Shown here: positions 8,951-17,471 of the stretch, piece after piece | How positions within the stretch are numbered: position 1 is the first letter of the stretch | How the letters are laid out: each line of letters opens with the position of its first letter | From: Candidatus Collierbacteria bacterium | GTDB lineage: Bacteria; Patescibacteriota; Microgenomatia; UBA1400; JACPES01 | NCBI GenBank assembly: GCA_016183365.1 | Contig: JACPES010000003.1 | Span: 345,154-409,153, forward strand | Reading direction: 5' to 3' | DNA length: 64,000 nt | Made by a program: the position numbers and the translations under genes | The notes under the pieces: generated by a model | Database searches by the model: none | Told to the model about the DNA's origin: nothing | The model's input: only the letters and a program-made list of their open reading frames with translations

Positions 8951-10026
8951 AAATTGTACTGTTCACCGAATTTTTTCCCCGCAACGATAAGTATTTCACC
9001 GGAGGAGTGGAAGTTAGGGTAAGGCGTTTATATGAATATTTAAAAAAAACAAAACACGATGTGGCTGTCGTCAGCCGCTCCGAAGGCTATTCATTTAATT
9101 CGCCGTTGACAGCGATACAAAGAATATTTTTCTTTTTTCGTTGGATCGCGAAAATTATTTTTACCCGGCTTCCGACGGTTGATGTGGTAGAAGGAACAAA
9201 TTTCACCACTTATATATTGGCTTTTATTTATGCCAAAAAAATCAAAGCTAAAGCGATAGCTTGGTATCCTGACGTTTTTTTGGGGAAGGCGATAGAAAGA
9301 TTAGGATTTATAAATGGTTTATTGACTGAAATTTCCGAGAGAATTTCCGTCAGGCTTCCCTGGGATAAAATTATTGCCTTATCAGAAGAAACCAAAAAAA
9401 AATTAATTGAAGCAGGGGTTGACAGGAGAAAGATCGAAGTAATCTATGGCGGCGTTGATTATAACAGTTATAACGCTTATAGCCGTTATTCTAAATTTAA
9501 AACACCAACCATCATTTGTATCTCAAGGTTGGTAAAGTATAAAAGAATACAGGATTTAATTTTGGCGGTTTATTTGTTAAAAGATACGATTCCAAATACT
9601 AGGTTGATAGTGGTGGGGGAAGGGCCTGAAAAAGACAAGTTAAAAGTTAAAAGTGAAAAGTTAAAAGTTAAGGCTGAATTTTTCGGCCGAGTTTCAGAAG
9701 AAAAGAAATGGGAATTATTATCCAAGTCTCATATCCACGTTCTGCCTTCGGCTATAGAAGGGTTTGGTTTGGTGACTATTGAGGCGTTGTCGGTCGGGAC
9801 GCCGGTAGTTAATGCCGATATACCTATCAATAAGGAAGTTTTAAACGGAAGTAAAGGAGGCTTGCTTTATGAACTTGGTGATTACGTCGATTTATCAGAG
9901 AAACTTGAAGAATTGCTAACTGATCAGAAGCTTTATGACCGAAAAGCGGAAGAAGGGCTTGAACTGGTTAAAAAATATGATTGGGACAAAGTAAATAAAA
10001 AATATGAACATTTGCTTTTTAATTGA
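8947..10026 (+). CDS. Glycosyltransferase family 4
   Basis: LIVVGEGPE...EGFGLVTIEALSVGTPVV; contains heptamer tract (agttaaa x5) in GEGP-to-FFGRV linker. Confidence 0.75.
   Translation: MKIVLFTEFFPRNDKYFTGGVEVRVRRLYEYLKKTKHDVAVVSRSEGYSFNSPLTAIQRIFFFFRWIAKIIFTRLPTVDVVEGTNFTTYILAFIYAKKIKAKAIAWYPDVFLGKAIERLGFINGLLTEISERISVRLPWDKIIALSEETKKKLIEAGVDRRKIEVIYGGVDYNSYNAYSRYSKFKTPTIICISRLVKYKRIQDLILAVYLLKDTIPNTRLIVVGEGPEKDKLKVKSEKLKVKAEFFGRVSEEKKWELLSKSHIHVLPSAIEGFGLVTIEALSVGTPVVNADIPINKEVLNGSKGGLLYELGDYVDLSEKLEELLTDQKLYDRKAEEGLELVKKYDWDKVNKKYEHLLFN
9638..9672. repeat. Heptanucleotide tandem repeat agttaaa x5 (one unit agtgaaa, last agttaag) in GT4 CDS
   Basis: Direct reading; encodes KLKVKSEKLKVK. 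Confidence 0.85.
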
Positions 10027-10966
10027 CGTTTCACCGGATAAATTTAAGGGAGGCGGGCAGGCGCATCTCGTCGCTCTAGAGCGCGAGATGCGAATTAAGA
10101 ATTCAGAATTCATAATTCAGAATTTTAGTGGTTCAAGTCCAAATGTTTTCCTGCGTTTAGCGTGGATGCTTTGCGTAATCCCCCAAGTAATTTTTCACCA
10201 TTTCTTCAAACAAAAATTTGATTTAATTCACGCTCATTCAATTCCGGTTATGGTGTCGGGGAAAATACTGTCGTTGATATTAGGAATCCCGGTAGTAGTG
10301 ACTGTGCATGGTTATAACGAAAGTCGTTGGATGGAGAAATTAGTTTTAACTAAAATAAAATATGATGCTCAAATCACGGTAGCGAGGAATTTTTTGTCAG
10401 TTCCCAATGCCAATAAAAATGTGATTTATATTCCAAATGGGGTTGACGTATCGCGTTTTCAATGCGATAAATTCAGAATTCAGAATTCAGAATTCAGAAT
10501 TGTTTTGTTCGTCGGTCGTAAAAATGATCAGGCTAAAGGGTTTGTAATTTTGGAGAAAGCTTTAGAATTAGTTAAAAAGGAGATTCCTCAAATAAAACTA
10601 CTGGTTGCCGGCGGTGATTTATCACAGGAGGACGTATTACAGATGTATCAAAAAACCGATCTTTTTGTTTTGCCTTCCCTATCAGAGGGTTTCCCTTTAA
10701 CTTTGCTCGAATCCTGGGCGGCGAAACTCCCGGTAGTGGCTACCAGAGTCGGAGAATTGCCGTATCTAATTAGGGACGGAATCAATGGTTATCTGGTTGA
10801 GCCGGGATCGACACAAAAATTGGCTTTGGCCATCGTCAGGGCTTTAAAAAACCGGAATCTTGCCAAACTGGGAGAAAATGGGTACAATGTGGCGAAGCAT
10901 TACAAATGGAGCAAAGTCGCCGGATCAACTTTGAAAGTTTATGAATCAGTTGTATTGTCAGAGTAA
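10004..10966 (+). CDS. Glycosyltransferase family 4
   Basis: IVLFVGRKND...EGFPLTLLESWAAKLPVVATRVGELP; two gaattca heptamer tracts in-frame. Confidence 0.7.
   Translation: MNICFLIDVSPDKFKGGGQAHLVALEREMRIKNSEFIIQNFSGSSPNVFLRLAWMLCVIPQVIFHHFFKQKFDLIHAHSIPVMVSGKILSLILGIPVVVTVHGYNESRWMEKLVLTKIKYDAQITVARNFLSVPNANKNVIYIPNGVDVSRFQCDKFRIQNSEFRIVLFVGRKNDQAKGFVILEKALELVKKEIPQIKLLVAGGDLSQEDVLQMYQKTDLFVLPSLSEGFPLTLLESWAAKLPVVATRVGELPYLIRDGINGYLVEPGSTQKLALAIVRALKNRNLAKLGENGYNVAKHYKWSKVAGSTLKVYESVVLSE
10092..10126. repeat. Heptanucleotide tandem repeat gaattca x~5 (imperfect) in GT4 CDS
   Basis: gaattaa gaattca gaattca taattca gaatttt. Confidence 0.8.
10469..10503. repeat. Heptanucleotide tandem repeat gaattca x3 perfect plus flanking imperfect units, same GT4 CDS
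   Basis: aaattca gaattca gaattca gaattca gaattgt. Confidence 0.85.
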
Positions 10967-11055
10967 TTGTTATATTGTTAAATTGCTGAATTGTTCATAG
11001 ATGAAAAAACAATTTAACAATCTAACAATCTAGCAATATATCAATGTCAATTCCC
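10965..11055. promoter_or_regulatory. Array of 8-bp units with core ATTG(T/C)T: 4 direct units (10965-10996) and ~6 units in inverted orientation (11008-11055) flanking an A-rich centre; candidate operator/iteron array upstream of and running into the Trm112-like gene
   Basis: aattgtta tattgtta aattgctg aattgttc | agatgaaaaa | aacaattt aacaatct aacaatct agcaatat atcaatgt caattccc. Confidence 0.5.
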
Positions 11056-11211
11056 AAAGATCTTTTAGAAATTTTGGCTTGCCCAGATGATAAATTTCCG
11101 GTCAAAGAAGTCAACTTGAAGGGAAAATATTGGCTCAAATGTTCCAAGTGCAAGCGGGTCTTCGAAGTTCGCGACGGTATCCCGATTATGTTGCCTAAAG
11201 ACGAGAAGTGA
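11044..11211 (+). CDS. Trm112/YcaR-like (UPF0434) small zinc-ribbon protein, 55 aa
   Basis: MSIPKDLLEILACPDDKFPV...CSKCKRVFEVRDGIPIMLPKDEK: LACP...C.C...DGIP.ML signature; not in ORF track (short) but clean ATG..TGA. Confidence 0.55.
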   Translation: MSIPKDLLEILACPDDKFPVKEVNLKGKYWLKCSKCKRVFEVRDGIPIMLPKDEK

Positions 11212-12509
11212 ATAAGCCGTTAGTTTTAGGAATAATTGTTTTAGCCGCAGTTTTACTTTCAATCAATCTCAATAAACCATTCATCGGCCAGCACGATTGG
11301 AATGGAGTGGTTTACGGCCAGCAGGCAAAAAATTTCTTCAGGTTTGGGTATCTCCCGTTAAAATTCGGAGCGACCATGGCAACGGCTGATATCCCGTCGG
11401 ATGACCGAAAATATTTAACCCACTACACTCCGGTGTTGCCGGTATTAATCAGTTTTTCCTACAGATTATTCGGAGTGTCTGAATGGAGTACAAGATTGAT
11501 CCCGATAGTAGCGTCATTAGTGTCGGTACTATTGGTGATGATGTTGGGAAAAGAATTGATTTCATCCGGAGCAGGAACTTTAGCCGGTATTTTAATGATA
11601 ATGACGCCGATGTTTATTTATTACGGGAAAAATCCGGTACATGAAGTGGTATTGTTGCCGTTTGCGCTTTTGGGATTTTATTCATATTTGCGTTGGCGCC
11701 GGAGTCGGGAAAAGAAATGGTGGAAAATTTTACTATTGGCGTCAACTGCGGCAATGCTGATCGGTTGGTCCGGATATTATGCAATGGGTTTGATATTTAT
11801 TCATGGCATTTTGTTTCAGCCAAAAGAGAAGATGAAATTTCTCCAATTACCGTTGATTGCCGTAGCCCTGTTAGCCCTTTTTTTGTTTCACGCCTCAATT
11901 TTAAGTTCGCAAGCTGCCGGTGAGCTTCGAAACATTTTTTTCGCCAGATTAGGAGGAGCATCAATTGGTTTGATTGATTTTTTGATTAAAGAACTGCGTT
12001 ATTCCATAAATTTGTTTACGGCATCTCTATTGTTGCTATCCATGATCTGGATATTTTCTGTCATTCCTGGCCCTTCGGCGGTGAGCTCAGGATGGTCGAA
12101 CAGCTTGACCAGGAATCTATACAAAGGGAACACGATTCTTTTATTTTTCCTTGGAATATTTGGCCTAGCCCATATTATGATTTTCCGTCAGGCGGCTTGG
12201 TATCACGAATATTTGCTGTTCCCTCTTTTACCTTTTATCGCAATTGCTTCAGCGGAAGTTATTCAGCGGGGGATTAATCAATTGCGTTCCGGAATGGCGC
12301 AGCTAATCGGGGTAACCGTAATTATATTATTTGTCGCCGGCGAGCGGTTACCCTACGCGAAAGCCTTGCTTAAGAGCGAGTATGTCAGAGATGTTTATGA
12401 AGAGGCGGTTGAGTACGGGAAAGTAGTTAAAGTTAATCCGGATGTGATTGTTCCTATAGAACGGGATGTTTACTTTATATTTTATGCCGATACAGTGAGA
12501 AAGAAATGA
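11208..12509 (+). CDS. GT-C family (ArnT/PMT/GT39-like) polytopic membrane glycosyltransferase
   Basis: ~11 TM helices, acidic first-loop, YGKNPVHEVVLLPFALLGFYSYLRW; GTG start overlapping upstream stop. Confidence 0.5.
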   Translation: MNKPLVLGIIVLAAVLLSINLNKPFIGQHDWNGVVYGQQAKNFFRFGYLPLKFGATMATADIPSDDRKYLTHYTPVLPVLISFSYRLFGVSEWSTRLIPIVASLVSVLLVMMLGKELISSGAGTLAGILMIMTPMFIYYGKNPVHEVVLLPFALLGFYSYLRWRRSREKKWWKILLLASTAAMLIGWSGYYAMGLIFIHGILFQPKEKMKFLQLPLIAVALLALFLFHASILSSQAAGELRNIFFARLGGASIGLIDFLIKELRYSINLFTASLLLLSMIWIFSVIPGPSAVSSGWSNSLTRNLYKGNTILLFFLGIFGLAHIMIFRQAAWYHEYLLFPLLPFIAIASAEVIQRGINQLRSGMAQLIGVTVIILFVAGERLPYAKALLKSEYVRDVYEEAVEYGKVVKVNPDVIVPIERDVYFIFYADTVRKK

Positions 12510-13612
12510 ATTTACCGATCTTTGCCATCATGGTTTTGGCAGTATTTTTCCGCCTTTGGAAGGTTAGCGAGTTAATGGTGTTTTCCGGAGAAACTAATAA
12601 TCTGTTTTATTATTTAACTTCTTATTTAGCAGGTGAGAAACCGTGGCTTTTGGGACTGGAGGCGGCGCAATATGTCCATCATTTGTTCCATTTGCCGTGG
12701 TATTTATGGATGATGATTCCGGTTTATTTTGCCGGAGGCGGAAATCCGCTGGTTTTTGCGGTTTTTCAGGCGAGTATCGGGGCGCTTGGGTCTTATTTAA
12801 TGTGGAGAATCGGCTTGATGATCGGATCAAGGAGAGTTGGCTTGATCGCGGCTTTCGGATATGCGGCGTCGTTTCATTTTTCAACAGTTGAGAGATTTGT
12901 GTCGCCGGTCAGCCTGGTGCCCTTCGGAGCGATAGGGGTTATTTATTTAGGACTAAGGGCGAAGCGGAAACAGAAACGGTTAAGTTATTTGCTGCTGGGA
13001 TTGTGGGCGGGAATTTCGGTATCGTTTCACTATGCTTTCCTTTTGGGAGCGGTTTTTGTTTTGGCGTGGGTATTTTGGAGGCAAAGAAAGTTTTTTTGGC
13101 CAAGTCTTATCGGAGTAACTTTGGCGTTTTTGCCGCTTTTGATATTTGATTTTAGGAACGGATTTTTTAATCTGACGGGACTGTGGTACGTCGGAAAATC
13201 ATTATTTGACAGCACTCGGCCATATGGTTCGTCCCATTTTATTTATCAATTGTATCCATTGTTGACATTGGCCGCGGCTGGATTGGTTTCATATTTTCCA
13301 AGAAAAGTAATATATGTTCTGGCGGTTGTTTTTTTTGCAACCCAGTTAGTTATGTTGAGAAATTACGAAATTCACCCAAATTTTGGCGATAGGCGAAAAA
13401 CTGTCGATCAAATACTTAACAGTTGGGATAGTAAAGCGAGTGTTTATTTCAAAAACGAATCTTCTTTTGATTATGTTTATTTGTTGCGATGGGAAGCAAA
13501 ACAGCGTGGTTTAGACCCGCGAAATATTGTGATTTACGAGCCGTGGCAACCGGAAAACAATGCTAGGATTGTGGTCGAAGGAAATGGAACGTTGGTATAC
13601 TCAAGGGAATGA
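12506..13612 (+). CDS. Polytopic membrane protein (GT-C-like, unknown specificity)
   Basis: 368 aa, ~9 hydrophobic segments, ATGA overlap with upstream GT-C gene. Confidence 0.35.
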   Translation: MNLPIFAIMVLAVFFRLWKVSELMVFSGETNNLFYYLTSYLAGEKPWLLGLEAAQYVHHLFHLPWYLWMMIPVYFAGGGNPLVFAVFQASIGALGSYLMWRIGLMIGSRRVGLIAAFGYAASFHFSTVERFVSPVSLVPFGAIGVIYLGLRAKRKQKRLSYLLLGLWAGISVSFHYAFLLGAVFVLAWVFWRQRKFFWPSLIGVTLAFLPLLIFDFRNGFFNLTGLWYVGKSLFDSTRPYGSSHFIYQLYPLLTLAAAGLVSYFPRKVIYVLAVVFFATQLVMLRNYEIHPNFGDRRKTVDQILNSWDSKASVYFKNESSFDYVYLLRWEAKQRGLDPRNIVIYEPWQPENNARIVVEGNGTLVYSRE

Positions 13613-14733
13613 AAAGAGTTGTGGTTTGTTGCTATGGGACTAGGCCGGAGTTTATCAAAATGGCGCCGGTGGTTTTGGAATTGAATAAGAGGAAAACAGT
13701 TACTCCTGTTTTAATTTGTTCCGGACAGCATGAAGAATTACTGTCAGGACTGGATAAAATATTTGATTTGACTGTCCAAATTAACCTTAATGTTAGAAAG
13801 AAAATTGGTTCTACAACGAACCTTTCACTCTTAACTGAGGGAGTCCATGCCGGCTTCGCGGAGGTTTTGGGGAGAATTAAACCGGACGCAGTTTTAGTCC
13901 AAGGTGATGCGGCGTCTACTTTCCTGGCGGCGTTGGCAGCTTTTCATCAACATATTCCTATCTTTTACATGGAAGCAGGCTTAAGAACTCATGATCTAGA
14001 TCAACCATTTCCCGAAGAAGCGTATCGCCAGATGACAACCAGGATTTCCAAGATATTATTTGCTCCAACAAAAATAAACAAACATAATTTGACAAATGAA
14101 GGAATTGCTTCCAATAGAATTTATGTCGTGGGGAATTCTATTGTTGATTCTGTCGATTACATTAAAAGCCAATTCCGGAAGATAGGAATTAAAAAATTAC
14201 GCCGGCAATATTATCCATGGCTACCTAATGACAGCAAGGAGAAACTGATTGTCGTGACAATCCATAGGAGGGAAAATCAAGGAGTGGTTTTAGATGGAAT
14301 TCTTAGAGCTTTGATAAAAATCAGACGTGATAACCCGAGCAATTTATTTGTTTTTTCTGTTCACCCTAATCCGGAGGTGAGGTTGTCGGTATACGATAAG
14401 TTGAAAAATGTTTCCGGTTTTACTCTGATTAATCCGCCGCTTTATCAAAAATTTTTGGTGCTACTTAGTTGTGCCCAGGCTGTGATAACAGATTCAGGCG
14501 GTTTACAAGAAGAAGCGCCGTCATTTGAAATACCGACTATTGTAGTCAGGAAAAAGACCGAAAGAGTGGAAGGTGTCCGATCAGGTTGGTCAATCTTAGC
14601 TGGGGTATCAGAACCAGGAATTATTCGGGCATTTAATTCATTAAACAAATGGCGAAAACCCAAAGGAGGAAATCCATACGGGGATGGAAAAGCGTCGATG
14701 AGAATCGCTAAAATGATCTATGAAAAAATTTAG
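13609..14733 (+). CDS. wecB: UDP-N-acetylglucosamine 2-epimerase family (WecB/NeuC/LegG-like)
   Basis: VVCCYGTRPEFIKMAPVV...HMEAGLRT...VGNSIVDSV...LQEEAPSF; whether hydrolysing (NeuC-type) or not cannot be told. Confidence 0.8.
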   Translation: MKRVVVCCYGTRPEFIKMAPVVLELNKRKTVTPVLICSGQHEELLSGLDKIFDLTVQINLNVRKKIGSTTNLSLLTEGVHAGFAEVLGRIKPDAVLVQGDAASTFLAALAAFHQHIPIFYMEAGLRTHDLDQPFPEEAYRQMTTRISKILFAPTKINKHNLTNEGIASNRIYVVGNSIVDSVDYIKSQFRKIGIKKLRRQYYPWLPNDSKEKLIVVTIHRRENQGVVLDGILRALIKIRRDNPSNLFVFSVHPNPEVRLSVYDKLKNVSGFTLINPPLYQKFLVLLSCAQAVITDSGGLQEEAPSFEIPTIVVRKKTERVEGVRSGWSILAGVSEPGIIRAFNSLNKWRKPKGGNPYGDGKASMRIAKMIYEKI

Positions 14734-15367
14734 TCGAGAATATTTTTTAAGGCATTATCAGTCCGCCGAAGATAAAAATCCGCCCGAGAAGATAAAGACG
14801 TATTTGTCTTTGATACGAGGTCACGTTTCGGAAAGTCATAAAAGCAAGAGGAGGCTTTTGGATATTGGCTGTGGGTACGGAAGATTTTTGAAAGCTGCCG
14901 AGGCGGATTTTGAAACTTATGGAATTGACCCGAGCGCGTTTGCGATTACCGAAGCTAAAAAATATGCCGAAATTACTAAGTTTGAGGTAGCCGCAATTTC
15001 ATCATATAAACCGAAGAAGTTTTTCGATGTAATTACTGCGTTTGATATTTTAGAACACACAAATAATTTATCCGATTCTTTACAAAAAATAAAAAGATGG
15101 CTGAAACCCGGAGGATTGTTAATGGTTGTAGTTCCGGTTTATGACGGAATTTTTGGAACAATAGGAGGGTGGTTAGATAAAGACGTGACCCATGTCCAAA
15201 AACTTAGCCGTTGGATTTGGTTAAAATTGTTTGAGAGCAATTTTAAGGTTTTAGATAAACAAGGGATAATTCGTTATTCATTAACCGAAAAGATTTATTT
15301 GCACTTCATGTTTCCCTGGCTGTTCCGATGGGGTCAGGCAATATTGGTAAAGATGAAAAAAATATGA
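14720..15367 (+). CDS. Class I SAM-dependent methyltransferase
   Basis: LLDIGCGYGRFL motif I; KPGGLLMVV post-II motif. Confidence 0.65.
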   Translation: MKKFSREYFLRHYQSAEDKNPPEKIKTYLSLIRGHVSESHKSKRRLLDIGCGYGRFLKAAEADFETYGIDPSAFAITEAKKYAEITKFEVAAISSYKPKKFFDVITAFDILEHTNNLSDSLQKIKRWLKPGGLLMVVVPVYDGIFGTIGGWLDKDVTHVQKLSRWIWLKLFESNFKVLDKQGIIRYSLTEKIYLHFMFPWLFRWGQAILVKMKKI

Positions 15368-16092
15368 TTCATATAGTTTTGCCCGCCTTTAACGAAGCCG
15401 AATCTTTAAAAGTATTATTACCGGAACTGATAAGGACTTTGAAGGCTGAACGCTTACAGTATAAAATCTATGTTATAGATGACGGAAGTCTGGACGGAAC
15501 TTCTAAAATTGTTAAAGATTTTTCCCGCCGTTTCCCACAGATTAAATTGATAGCTCATAAAATCAACAAGGGTTTGGCCGAAACTATTAATACCGGTTTT
15601 AAAGAAGCTTTAAGAAAAAGCAAAAATGGGGATATATTGATTACCATGGATGCTGATAATACCCATTTACCAGGTTTAATAGTCAGGATGGCGAGGTTGA
15701 TAAATGAGGGAAATGACATTGTGATATCTTCACGATTCGTTTCAGGTTCTCGGGTGAGAGGCGTTCCGATCAGCCGCCGTTTATTGAGCTTGGCGGCCGG
15801 AATGATTTTCAAAATTCTTTTTCCCATATCCGGAGTTAAAGATTATACCTGCGGATTCCGGGCTTACCGGGTTGATCTTATTAAAAAAGGGATGGGAATT
15901 TATAAAGATAAATTTATCAGTGAAAAAGGATTTTCCTGTATGGTGGATATATTGTTAAAATTAAGGCGCTTGGATCCGATTTGCGCCGAAGTTCCGATGA
16001 TTTTAAGATATGACCTTAAAAAAGGTAAAAGCAAAATGGATGTTGGCAAGACAATAACGGAGACATTAAAACTTATACTCAAGCGATTATGA
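15364..16092 (+). CDS. Glycosyltransferase family 2 (Dpm1-like)
   Basis: MIHIVLPAFNEAESL...YVIDDGSLDGT...TMDADNTH; ORF-track start 15328 overlaps upstream gene, ATG at 15364 preferred. Confidence 0.7.
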   Translation: MIHIVLPAFNEAESLKVLLPELIRTLKAERLQYKIYVIDDGSLDGTSKIVKDFSRRFPQIKLIAHKINKGLAETINTGFKEALRKSKNGDILITMDADNTHLPGLIVRMARLINEGNDIVISSRFVSGSRVRGVPISRRLLSLAAGMIFKILFPISGVKDYTCGFRAYRVDLIKKGMGIYKDKFISEKGFSCMVDILLKLRRLDPICAEVPMILRYDLKKGKSKMDVGKTITETLKLILKRL

Positions 16093-17471
16093 AGTCTTTT
16101 TATATTTGGTTTTTATTAATAGCAGGGTTTTTATTTTCAAGGTTTTACAACTTGGGTAATTTGCCCTTATTTTCAGACGAAGGGTACGCGGTGGCAAGGG
16201 CTTGGGAATTAAAAAATACCGGAGAGTTACTGGGAATGGTGAAATATACCACCCAGCCGGTTTTTATTTGGATAGTGGCTTTATTTCAACTGTTGCCTTT
16301 CAGCGCGGTAATTGATGGCAGATTGGTGTCGGGTATTGCCGGATTGGGAACGGCTTTAATATTGGCGAAACTGGCGGAAAAATGGATTGATTCTAACGCT
16401 GAAATACCGGCATTTATTCTAATGACAATTTTGCCGTTTTCGGTTTTTTACGACCGGACGATTTTATTTGAATCAGCCACTTTATTTTTTATGGTTTTAG
16501 GGTTGGTTTTTCCGGCGGCTACAGGATTGGCGGTTTTAATCAAGCAAACAGGATGGTTGATATTACCGGCAGTTTTAACGCTTGGCAGAGGAAGCTTAAA
16601 GGGGAGAGCAATAAAAGTTTTAATCAGTATTTTGATGGTATTAGTTGTTTGGTATTTGGCAGTTGGAAGCTATAACTTAGTTACTGAGACAATATTTGGG
16701 AAAACAGCCGCTCCGATTTCGGTCCATGCCAATTTTAAAAATAATCTATTGCGCTCAATGCTTTGGCTGATTGATTATTTAACCTGGCCGGTGATTTGGT
16801 TGTCGGCTTTGGGGGGATTTGCGGCGGTTTTTGAGGCAATTAGACAAAAAAAGATTACTCCAATTTTGATAGTAGCCGGGTGGGCTTTGGGAATATTTTT
16901 ATTTATCAATAAAACCGCGGTAATTTTTTATCCCCGCTATCTCTATTCATCATTATTGGGGATTGTCCTATTGGCGGTAAATGGTTGGGAAAAAATACAA
17001 AACCGTGGATTCAATAAGATTGCCTTATCGGGATTGTCTGTTTTAATAATGCTTCCGGGTTTTATTTCAAGCTGGAAAATTATAGTAACTCCTGAAAAGG
17101 CAGATATACCCCGGGAGGACAGATTTCAATTTTTTGAAGACTGGACTAGCGGAGTGGGGAGCAAGGATCTTAGCGACGAAATTTTAAAAAAAGCAGAAAT
17201 TAATAAAGTTAATGTTTATCTGGAGGAGGAAAATTCATATTTTATTACCTTAAAAAATGATCCAAGATTAAAGAAAGTTAACGTAAAAACAGCGCAATGG
17301 TTGGTTGATCCGTTAACAGAAATTCCGAGAGAAGTATTGGCAGATGGTAAAACAGCAATGTTTGTCCGCAACCGCCACCCGGATATTCCGGCCGATTGGC
17401 CGGTGGAATTGGTCTGGTCGTTTCCTAAAACTAACAAGAGATCGGTATATTTATATAAAATTATCAGATGA
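16089..17471 (+). CDS. GT-C family (ArnT/PMT/GT39-like) polytopic membrane glycosyltransferase
   Basis: FSDEGYAVARAWEL acidic first-loop motif; ~12 TM; C-terminal soluble domain. Confidence 0.5.
   Translation: MKSFYIWFLLIAGFLFSRFYNLGNLPLFSDEGYAVARAWELKNTGELLGMVKYTTQPVFIWIVALFQLLPFSAVIDGRLVSGIAGLGTALILAKLAEKWIDSNAEIPAFILMTILPFSVFYDRTILFESATLFFMVLGLVFPAATGLAVLIKQTGWLILPAVLTLGRGSLKGRAIKVLISILMVLVVWYLAVGSYNLVTETIFGKTAAPISVHANFKNNLLRSMLWLIDYLTWPVIWLSALGGFAAVFEAIRQKKITPILIVAGWALGIFLFINKTAVIFYPRYLYSSLLGIVLLAVNGWEKIQNRGFNKIALSGLSVLIMLPGFISSWKIIVTPEKADIPREDRFQFFEDWTSGVGSKDLSDEILKKAEINKVNVYLEEENSYFITLKNDPRLKKVNVKTAQWLVDPLTEIPREVLADGKTAMFVRNRHPDIPADWPVELVWSFPKTNKRSVYLYKIIR

Noticed and set aside
10099-10496. 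Repeated GAATTC (EcoRI) and AACGTT sites created by the heptamer tracts. Considered whether they mark a restriction-modification or methylation-related target
   Set aside because: No restriction enzyme, DNA methyltransferase or specificity subunit is encoded in the window. The palindromic hexamers are an incidental consequence of the unit sequence.
12063-12100. gtcattcctggcccttcggcggtgagctcagg inside GT39-like gene, as a possible third copy of the type-2 element
   Set aside because: Shares only the gtcattcc octamer. There is no complementary ggaatgac arm or convincing stem, so it was not counted.
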